Assembly: GCA_963663235.2 (NCBI GenBank) | Contig: CAXXNO010000004.1 | Span: 160,001 to 224,000, forward strand | Direction: 5' to 3' | DNA from: Dehalococcoidia bacterium | Lineage (GTDB): Bacteria > Chloroflexota > Dehalococcoidia > Bin125 | DNA length: 64,000 nucleotides | Part shown: one piece after another, positions 56,464 to 64,000 of the stretch | Position numbering within the stretch: the stretch's first letter is position 1 | Layout of the letters: each line of letters begins with the position of its first letter | The notes under the pieces: model-generated | What the model saw: only the letters and a program-made list of their open reading frames with translations | Told to the model about the DNA's origin: nothing | Databases searched by the model: none | Program-made: the position numbers and the translations under genes

Positions 56464-57778
56464 ATGGGACGCCGAGTCGAGCTAGAGGAAACCGCCGCAG
56501 CGCGCGCCGCGTTCGGCGCGAGCCATGAGCAGGGGGCGATGATCGTCCGCGAGGGCGAGGGGGAGAGCGGCCTGTACGTCGTCTTGAGCGGCCGGGTGGT
56601 GCTGTCACGCGGGCGGCAAGGCGCGCACAAGAACCAACCGCTGCGCATCATTGGGGCGGGGGAGATGTTCGGGCTGGTCGCCGCCCTCACCGATGCGCCG
56701 TCCGACGTCACAGCGCGGGCAGTGGAGGCGGTGGAGATCCTGCACGTCCCGCGAGAGCGCCTGGCGGAGCTGTTCCGAATGGAGCCGGACATCGGGCTGA
56801 CCGTGGCGCGGGAGCTGGCGGAGCGGCTGTGGGCCAGCGAGGGCGGTGCGGAAGCGGCGGCGGCGGCAACGGACCAGGCGGAGCGAAGCGGGCGGCGGGC
56901 GCCCGTCGATCCGGGCGGCGTGGCGGCGGCGGCAACGGACCAGGCGGAGCGAAGCGGGCGGCGGGCGCCCGTCGATCCGGGCGGCGCGGCGGCGGCGGTC
57001 CGACGAGGGAGCGCGGCGGGCTCGAGCGCCGACGGCGGAGACGCAGCCGAAGGCCACCGGGCGGGTTCCGGAGGAGAGCAGACGCCGGACGCCTTCTATC
57101 AGGAAGCGGTGCACTGTCCGGTCTGCGAGAGCGACTTCGAGGCGCGGCGCGTCCGTTCAAGCGCCGTCCGCCCGGTGCGGCGCGACAGCGACTTCCGCAC
57201 CGTCTACGAGGGCGTGAACCCGACCCACTACGCCGTGACCATCTGCCTCCAGTGCCGCTACGCCGCCTTCGCGGACGGCTGGGCCGGGGCTGAGCGACGA
57301 GGAACGCCGCCACCTGCAAGCGGACAGCGAAGGGCGTGAGGAGGCCGCGGGCGGGATCGAATTCGCAGGAGAGCGGGATGCGGAGGCGGCGTCGATCGCG
57401 TACCGGCTGGCGCTGCGCTGCTACGACCTGCGCGAGGCGGATGCGCGGCGTCGCGCCGGGATCCTCCAGCGGTTGGGCTGGATCGCGCGCGAGCAGGCGG
57501 ACGATGAGAGTGAACAGCGGTACCTGGCATTGGCGCGCGACGACTACCTGCAGGCGTTCCAGCGCGACGATCGGGTCAGCGAGGACGCCGCCGTCACGTT
57601 GAGCTACCTCGTGGGGGACCTGTCGCTCCGGCTCGGCCTGATCGATGAGGCGATGCGGTGGTTTGACGCCACGCTGCAGATGGAGCGCGCCAAAGGCCAC
57701 CCGGAGATCATCCGGCGGACGCGGGACCGCTGGGGGGAGGCGCGGGATCTGGCCCGCGCCAAGCGCGCGGCACCCTAG
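56464..57778 (+). CDS. cNMP-binding domain + DUF2225 (Zn-ribbon/TPR) protein (frameshift at G4 57286-57289)
   Basis: IVREGEGESGLYVVLSGRV...GEMFG; CPVC...RDSDFR.VYEGVNP..YAVTICLQCRYA; second frame YRLALRCY...LGWIARE...YLVGDLSLRLG; 66-bp tandem duplication at ~56857-56990. Confidence 0.85.
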
Positions 57779-58425
57779 CCCAGGGAGACCGGCAGCGGCG
57801 GCGGCAGAGCGAACTCTTGCGCGAACGCCCGCACCAGGCGGTCGCGCACGCCGGCCATGGGCGGGGCGACGGGCAGGTGCTGCGCCATGGACGCGGCCGG
57901 GGCATCGGAGCGGCCGCAGGGCGCGATCAGCGCCCAGTGCGCCATGTCTGGATCGACGTTCAGCGCCAGGCCGTGGATCGTGACCCAGCGCGACACATGC
58001 ACGCCGACAGAGGCGATCTTGCCGCAGGCGGTGAAGACGCCGTGCTGGTCCGGGTCACGCCAGGCATCGATGCCGCACTCCGCCAGCAAGCGGATGACAG
58101 TCCCTTCCAGGCGCTGGACGTACCAGCGCAGGTCGGTATCGAAGCGCCGCAGATCGAGGATGGGATAGGCGACGAGCTGACCGGGGCCGTGGTAGGTGAC
58201 GTTGCCGCCCCGCTCGGTGTGCACGACGTCGATGCCGGCGCGGGCCAGCGCGTGCGGAGCGAGGATGCCGCCGCGGTCCCCGCGTCGTCCCAGCGTGACC
58301 ACGGGATCATGCTCCACCAGGAGGAGGGTGTCGGGGGCGGCGCCTGTGCGCACGGCGTCGCGGGTGGCGTGCTGGAGCGCCAGCACCTCGGCGTAGGGCA
58401 TGCGACCTAGATCCCGCACCAGCAC
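57775..58425 (-). CDS. lipB: Octanoyltransferase LipB
   Basis: LLVEHDPVVTLG, ERGGNVTYHGPGQLVAYPI, KIASVG, HGLALN, PCG. Confidence 0.95.
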   Translation of the reverse strand: MLVRDLGRMPYAEVLALQHATRDAVRTGAAPDTLLLVEHDPVVTLGRRGDRGGILAPHALARAGIDVVHTERGGNVTYHGPGQLVAYPILDLRRFDTDLRWYVQRLEGTVIRLLAECGIDAWRDPDQHGVFTACGKIASVGVHVSRWVTIHGLALNVDPDMAHWALIAPCGRSDAPAASMAQHLPVAPPMAGVRDRLVRAFAQEFALPPPLPVSLG

Positions 58426-58449
58426 GCAGCGCCTCCTCCAGGCGGATGG

Positions 58450-59853
58450 CTAGATATGGATGGCGCGACCGTGCGAGGCCATCGCCGCCTCGGCCAGCGC
58501 CTCCGCCAGGGTGGGGTGCGCGTGCACGGCATGGAAAAGCGACTCGGCGGTCGCCTCCAGGCTGAGCGCGGCCGAGGCCTCGGCGATGAGCTCAGTGGCG
58601 TGCGCGCCGATGATGTGCACGCCCAGGACTTCGTCGTACTGCTTGTCGCTCACGATCTTCACGAAGCCGCGCGTGTCGTTGAGGATTTTCGCCTTGCCGA
58701 TGGCGGAGAAGGGGAAGGAGCCCACGGCGACATCGTGTCCGCGGCGGCGCGCCTCCTCCTCGGAGAGGCCGACGGAGGCGACCTCGGGGGCGCAGTAGGT
58801 GCAGGAGGGGACCTTGTCGTAGTTGAGCGGTTGCGGCGGGCTGCCAGCGGCGTGCTCCGCGGCCACGATTCCCTCGTGCGAGGCGACGTGGGCCAGCATG
58901 GGCGTGTTGACAATGTCGCCGATGGCGTAGATTCCCGGCTGGGCGGTCTGCATCATCTCGTCGACCTCGACGAAGCCGTCTTTCAGACGGACGCCGGCGC
59001 CGTCGAGGCCGAGGTCGTCCGTGCGGGGCGCGCGGCCCACGGCAACCAGCAGCGTCTCCGCCGCCAGGCCCAGCGGCTCGCCGTCCGTCGACGCGGTGAT
59101 GCGCACGCCGTCGCCGTCCAAGTCCACCTCCTCGACGCGGGTGTTGGTGTGGACGGCGATCTTGCGGGCGCGGAAGGCTTTTTCCAGCTCCGCGCCGAGA
59201 TCGGCGTCCTCCAGGGGCAACAAGCGGGGCAGCAACTCCACGAGCGTGACCTGCGCGCCGAAGGAGGCGTAGATCGAGGCGAACTCGACGCCCACGGCGC
59301 CCGCGCCCAGCACCACGATGGAGGCGGGCAGGCGCGCCATGGCGACGGCGTCGTCAGAGCTGATGATGCGGTCGCCGTCGAACTCGATGCCGGGCAGCGC
59401 GCGGACGGTCGAGCCCGTGGCGAGGACGATGGCGCGGGTCTCGATGATGGCCGGCGGGGCGTCGGGGCGAGTGACCTCCACCCGGCCCGGCGCGGCGACG
59501 CGCCCGCGGCCGGCGAAGGCCGTGATGCCGTTTTTCTTCAAGAGGTACTGGATCCCCTTGGCGTTGGACTGCACGATCCGCTCTTTGTACGCGTTCAACG
59601 AGGGGAGATCGACATCGGCGCTGGGGATGGTGACGCCGAAGCGGGCGGCCTCATGCGCGCCATCCAGGGTCTCGGCGGCCTGCAGCAGCGCCTTGGTGGG
59701 GATGCAGCCCGAGTGGAGGCAGGTGCCGCCGGGGAGCGGGGCCATCTCCACTACGGCCGCCCGCAGCCCCAGTTGCGCGGCGCGAATGGCCGCCACGTAC
59801 CCGCCCGGCCCGCTGCCGATCACCGTGAAGTCGAAGGCGCCGTCGGAGGTCAC
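58450..59853 (-). CDS. lpdA: Dihydrolipoyl dehydrogenase (E3)
   Basis: GSGPGGYVAAIRAAQLG, GGTCLHSGCIPTK, HAHPTLAE. Confidence 0.97.
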   Translation of the reverse strand: MTSDGAFDFTVIGSGPGGYVAAIRAAQLGLRAAVVEMAPLPGGTCLHSGCIPTKALLQAAETLDGAHEAARFGVTIPSADVDLPSLNAYKERIVQSNAKGIQYLLKKNGITAFAGRGRVAAPGRVEVTRPDAPPAIIETRAIVLATGSTVRALPGIEFDGDRIISSDDAVAMARLPASIVVLGAGAVGVEFASIYASFGAQVTLVELLPRLLPLEDADLGAELEKAFRARKIAVHTNTRVEEVDLDGDGVRITASTDGEPLGLAAETLLVAVGRAPRTDDLGLDGAGVRLKDGFVEVDEMMQTAQPGIYAIGDIVNTPMLAHVASHEGIVAAEHAAGSPPQPLNYDKVPSCTYCAPEVASVGLSEEEARRRGHDVAVGSFPFSAIGKAKILNDTRGFVKIVSDKQYDEVLGVHIIGAHATELIAEASAALSLEATAESLFHAVHAHPTLAEALAEAAMASHGRAIHI

Positions 59854-61079
59854 GCAGGCCTCCCAGCCGGCGCGCCGCCATCGAGGAGGAGCAGGGAGGG
59901 GCGCTCAAGATAGCGTCGCACGATCCGCAGGAACTCCGCCGCCGGCGCGCCGTCAAGGATGCGGTGATCGATCGTCAGGCTGAGGGCCATGAACGAGCGC
60001 CGCTCGATCTGCGTGCCCGTCTCTCCCACGAACACCGGGCGATCCGCCACCCGTCCCACACCCAGGATGGCGGCCTGGGGCGGATTGATGATGGGCGTAA
60101 AGGCGTCGATGTCGAGCATGCCGAGGGCGGTCACGGTGAACGTGCCGCCGGTGACATCGTCGGGCGAGAGACCGCCCTCGCGCGCCTTGCGCGACAACTC
60201 CCCAGACTCCAGCGCGATCTCGCGCAGCGACTTGGTGTCGGCGTTGGGGATCACGGGAGCGATCAGCCCCTCGTCCAGGGACACGGCAAAGGCGACGTGG
60301 ACGGCCGACTGCACGCGGACCACGTCGCCATCGAGGGTGACGTTGACGCGGGGAAAGTCGCGGAGGGACAGCGCCACCGCGCGGATCACCATATGGGTGT
60401 AGGTGACGCGCAGCCCTTGCCCCTCCCAGGCTTCCAGCAGATCGCGGCGGAGCCTGATGGCGTCCGTCATATCGGCTTCCGTGACCAGCGTGAGCTGCGC
60501 CATGTCCTGCAGCGAATCGTGCATGCGCTGGCCGACGGTGCGTCGCATCCCGCGGTAGGGGATGGCGCCCTCAAGCGGAGCAGCGGCGGGCTGCGGAGCG
60601 GCGGCGGCCTTCTCCACGTCCTCGACCACGATGCGGCCGCCGGGGCCGGAGCCCTGGACCGAGGCGATATCGACGCCGCGCTCGGCCGCGATCCGCTTGG
60701 CGGCGGGTGAAGCCTTGACCCGCTCGCCCGGGGCCGCAGGCTTGGGCTGAGAGGGCGCGGGCCTTGCATCGGCGGCTTTGGGGGCATCGACGGCTTTGGG
60801 GGCGGCCGGAGCAGGGGCAGCGGACGCTTCGGGGGGCGATTCGCCCGGATCGAGGATGTAGCCGGTGACGGCGCCGGCGTCGAGCGTGGAGTCCACGGAG
60901 GCGACGATGCTCAGGATGCCAGCCGCCTCCGCGGCGACGTCGTAGTTCACCTTCTCCGTCTCGAACGAGAAGAGCGGCTGGCCCAGCTCGACCGTATCGC
61001 CGTCGTCAACGAACCACTCGGTGACGGTGCCTTCGACCATTGTCATGCCCTGCTTGGGCAGCACGACCGTGAACGCCAT
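59850..61079 (-). CDS. Dihydrolipoamide acyltransferase (E2, AcoC-like)
   Basis: Lipoyl ETEKV, ASPAAKRIA, GSGPGGRI, DHRILDG. Confidence 0.93.
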   Translation of the reverse strand: MAFTVVLPKQGMTMVEGTVTEWFVDDGDTVELGQPLFSFETEKVNYDVAAEAAGILSIVASVDSTLDAGAVTGYILDPGESPPEASAAPAPAAPKAVDAPKAADARPAPSQPKPAAPGERVKASPAAKRIAAERGVDIASVQGSGPGGRIVVEDVEKAAAAPQPAAAPLEGAIPYRGMRRTVGQRMHDSLQDMAQLTLVTEADMTDAIRLRRDLLEAWEGQGLRVTYTHMVIRAVALSLRDFPRVNVTLDGDVVRVQSAVHVAFAVSLDEGLIAPVIPNADTKSLREIALESGELSRKAREGGLSPDDVTGGTFTVTALGMLDIDAFTPIINPPQAAILGVGRVADRPVFVGETGTQIERRSFMALSLTIDHRILDGAPAAEFLRIVRRYLERPSLLLLDGGAPAGRPA

Positions 61080-61109
61080 CTGTGTTCCCTCCTCAGAAGC
61101 TGGGGCGCG

Positions 61110-62117
61110 TCAGTCGCGCCGCAGAAAGCCCGTCTCCCAGGCCGCGGCGAGACAGCGAGAGATATCCACCACGGGCGGGCCAGAGCGGGTCACATAGAAC
61201 GTCGCCCGCGCGTCCGGCCCCAGCCTGAATTCGCGCTCGCCGTCGAGGGCGACGAGAGCGGGGCCGGTCACGGCGACCATATCACCCAGCCCAAGGCGGC
61301 AGGCGCGGGCCAGGGGCACCTCCCGGATGAGGCCGGGGGCGATGGCCGCTGCGAGCGTGGAACCGCCCGGGCCGAAGGTCAGATGGACGCCGCCGTCCTC
61401 GTCGGGCCTGGTGGGGAGGACCATGCCGCCCACCGCCGCCATGCCGATAGCGTCCGGCACCGCGCGGGTGAGCACGACTTCCTTCACATTCTCGATCTCC
61501 CAGATAGCGCGGCTGCCCACGAAGCCATCGGCCATGACCACGGCGTCGATCAGGGCGACGTCGCGGCCCACGCCGTCGACGGCGACTTCCACCCACTTGC
61601 AGGGACGCGCAACGGCGGTGAGGTCGACGGCCCCGACCGCCACGGCGCCGGCGGCCAGACCGGCCACCGTGCCCTCAATCATCACAGGGAAGACGTTGTT
61701 GGTCCCCGTGGAGACGGCGACCAGCGGCAGCTTGTGGCTCCCCTTGGCCAGGGCGCGGTTGGTGCCGTCCCCACCGAGGGAAACCACCACATCGACGCCG
61801 GCCTGTTCCATGGCCGCGGCGGCGGCGGTGGTGTCCTCCGCGGAGGCGTGGATGCGCTTGATGACGGGCTGCAACGGAAAGGGAAGGTGGAGCCCGTCAG
61901 CCGCCTTCTCGCAGATGTGGAACGAGTCCGGCATGTAGAGGACGCGATCCACACCGGCCGCCGCGAGGCCGTTCAGCACGCGGCGGACGATGTTGATCTT
62001 CTCGAAGTTGTTGAAGACGGACGCATGCGCCACCAGCCGGCGGATGTCCCTGCCGGACGCGGGATTGGCGATGATCCCAGCCGTGCCAGCCACCGCGCGC
62101 TCTCCGTCTTCCCTCAC
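61110..62117 (-). CDS. acoX: AcoX / ATP-NAD kinase family protein
   Basis: GIIANPASGRDIRRLVA, LGGDGTNR, STGTNNVFP, ALDGERE. Confidence 0.88.
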   Translation of the reverse strand: MREDGERAVAGTAGIIANPASGRDIRRLVAHASVFNNFEKINIVRRVLNGLAAAGVDRVLYMPDSFHICEKAADGLHLPFPLQPVIKRIHASAEDTTAAAAAMEQAGVDVVVSLGGDGTNRALAKGSHKLPLVAVSTGTNNVFPVMIEGTVAGLAAGAVAVGAVDLTAVARPCKWVEVAVDGVGRDVALIDAVVMADGFVGSRAIWEIENVKEVVLTRAVPDAIGMAAVGGMVLPTRPDEDGGVHLTFGPGGSTLAAAIAPGLIREVPLARACRLGLGDMVAVTGPALVALDGEREFRLGPDARATFYVTRSGPPVVDISRCLAAAWETGFLRRD

Positions 62118-62159
62118 CTGAGGCGACCACGGCCGTCGGGCCGCGGGAAGGGCCGGGCG

Positions 62160-63149
62160 CTAGGCCCGCGCGCTTGCGGGCACCACCGCCTCGACCGCAG
62201 CGATGATGTCGTCTTTGCCGGGTAGCCAGGCGCGCTCCAGCGTCGGATTGAAGGGGACCGGGGAGAAGGGAGCGCCGACACGCTTGACGGGCGCGTCTAA
62301 GTCATCGAACGCCTCTTCCGCGATCTGCGCGGCGATCTCGGCGCCGACGCCGCAGAAGGTCACGGCCTCGTGGGCAACGACGGCGCGGTGCGTCTTCCGG
62401 ACCGAGGCGAGGATGGTCTCCGAGTCCAAGGGAAGCAGGGTGCGGGGATCCACGATCTCCACGCTGACGCCGCGCTCGGCCAGCTCCTCGGCGGCCTGCA
62501 GCGCATCCTGCACCATGGAGCTCACCGCAACGACGGTGACGTCGGTCCCCTCTCGCTTGACGTCGGCCAGGCCGAGGGGAATGGCGTAGGCCTCATCCGG
62601 CACGTCACCGCGCCAGCCCAGGCGGCGTTTGTGGGTGATGTAGAGCACAGGGTTGTCGTCGCGGATGGCGGCGACCATCAAGCCCTTGGCGTCGTAGGCG
62701 GTCGCCGGCGTCACCACCTTGAGGCCGGGGATATGGCAGAACCAGGCCTCCAGGCTCTGGCTGTGCTGCGCGGCCATGCTCAGGCCGCCGCCCTGGTGTG
62801 TGAGCAAGACGATGGGCAGTCGCGCCTTGCCGCCGAACATGTACTTCATCTTGGCCATCTGGTTGACGATCTGGTCCATGGCCACGGGCGTGAAATCGAT
62901 GAACTGGATCTCCACGACCGGCCGCATGCCCACGGCCGCCGCGCCGATGCCCAGGCCGACGATGGCGGACTCCGAGATGGGCATGTCGCGGACGCGATCG
63001 GGGCCGATGCGCTCGCGCAGGCCGGCGTTGGTGTTGAAGATGCCGCCGTGCGCCACGTCGAGGCCGGCGAGGAAGGTGTCGGGGTCGCGCTCCATCTCGG
63101 CGATGAACGCCTCCGCGATAGCGCGCGAGTACTTCTTGCCCTCTGCCAC
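62160..63149 (-). CDS. 2-oxoacid/acetoin dehydrogenase E1 beta (copy 2)
   Basis: RDMPISESAIVG, RPVVEIQFIDF, AAQHSQSLEAW, VDPRTLLPLD. Confidence 0.93.
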   Translation of the reverse strand: MAEGKKYSRAIAEAFIAEMERDPDTFLAGLDVAHGGIFNTNAGLRERIGPDRVRDMPISESAIVGLGIGAAAVGMRPVVEIQFIDFTPVAMDQIVNQMAKMKYMFGGKARLPIVLLTHQGGGLSMAAQHSQSLEAWFCHIPGLKVVTPATAYDAKGLMVAAIRDDNPVLYITHKRRLGWRGDVPDEAYAIPLGLADVKREGTDVTVVAVSSMVQDALQAAEELAERGVSVEIVDPRTLLPLDSETILASVRKTHRAVVAHEAVTFCGVGAEIAAQIAEEAFDDLDAPVKRVGAPFSPVPFNPTLERAWLPGKDDIIAAVEAVVPASARA

Positions 63150-63190
63150 TAGGCCGACGCCTCCCGTCCCCGCGAGCCCTGTCGCGCGGG

Positions 63191-64000
63191 CTAGGCGGTG
63201 ACCGCCGCCGGCACGATCTCCTCGATCGCGGCGATGATCTGCGCCTTGCCGGGCAACCAAGCCTGCTCCAGCACAGGGCTGAAGGGAACGGGGCTGAAGG
63301 GCGCGCCGACGCGCTTGACCGGCGCGTCCAGGTAGTCGAAGCCTTCGTCGGCGATCTGGGCGGCGATCTCCGCCCCAAAGCCGCAGAAGCGGACCGCCTC
63401 CTGGGCCACGACCACGCGGCCGGTCTTTTTCACCGACTCGAGGATGGTTTCGGAGTCCAAGGGAGAGAGCGTGCGGGGGTCGACCACCTCCACGCTGACG
63501 CCACGCCGGCCGAGCTCCTTGGCCGTGTCGAGGGCGTCTTTGACGAGGGCGCCGGTGGCAACGACGGTGACGTCGGTACCCTCGTGCTTCACGTCCGCCT
63601 TGCCCAGGGGAACGGTGAAGGGCTCATCCGGCACATCGGCGCGCAGACCCAGCGCGCGCTTGTTGGTGATGTAAATGATGGGGTCGTCCGAACGGATGGC
63701 GCTGTGCATGAGGCCCTTGCCGTCGTAGGGACCGGAGGGCATCACGACTTTGAGACCGGGGATGTGGCAGAACCAGGCTTCGAGGCTCTGGCTGTGCTGC
63801 GCCGCCATGCTGGTTCCCGCGCCCTCATGCGTGACGATGACCAAAGGGAGTTTGGCCTTGCCGCCGAACATGTACTTCATCTTGGCCATCTGATTGACGA
63901 TCTGATCCATGCAGACGGCCATGAAGTCGATGAACATGATCTCGACGATCGGCCGCATGCCGGCGGCGGCGGCGCCGATGGCCAGGCCGGCCATGGCCGA
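63191..64000 (-). CDS. 2-oxoacid/acetoin dehydrogenase E1 beta (copy 1, 5'-truncated by window edge)
   Basis: RPIVEIMFIDF, AAQHSQSLEAW, VDPRTLSPLD. Confidence 0.92.
   Translation of the reverse strand, partial: SAMAGLAIGAAAAGMRPIVEIMFIDFMAVCMDQIVNQMAKMKYMFGGKAKLPLVIVTHEGAGTSMAAQHSQSLEAWFCHIPGLKVVMPSGPYDGKGLMHSAIRSDDPIIYITNKRALGLRADVPDEPFTVPLGKADVKHEGTDVTVVATGALVKDALDTAKELGRRGVSVEVVDPRTLSPLDSETILESVKKTGRVVVAQEAVRFCGFGAEIAAQIADEGFDYLDAPVKRVGAPFSPVPFSPVLEQAWLPGKAQIIAAIEEIVPAAVTA

Overview
High-GC bacterial DNA, most likely from a monoderm lineage such as Chloroflexota/Dehalococcoidia. That assignment is an inference from the GAAC-N4-GTTC SOS box, LPxTG-type sorting signals and a flagellum lacking L/P rings. 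Positions 1-15 kb hold housekeeping and accessory genes: a cell-wall amidase, a cupredoxin, an amidase with a small partner, a thiolase/DUF35 pair, a higBA module inside REP-mosaic direct repeats, thyX, a rhomboid, an HtrA-like lipoprotein and cobC/cobD-like genes. Positions ~15.6-57.8 kb are one ~51-gene Firmicutes-style flagellar and chemotaxis cluster, followed by an acetoin/2-oxoacid dehydrogenase operon. Unusual points: an in-frame flhB::fliA fusion with flhA absent; seven motility proteins ending in -AA (possible ClpXP degrons) plus an embedded degenerate oxidoreductase with an SspB-like tail; two small Zn-finger ORFs and a NarL regulator heading the cluster; an LPETG-anchored protein in the rod operon; two FlgM paralogs; an ~85-aa domain shared by FliD and FlgE; and a VNTR in fliK. 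Six single-base frameshifts in homopolymer runs suggest long-read errors. No rRNA, tRNA or CRISPR array was seen.
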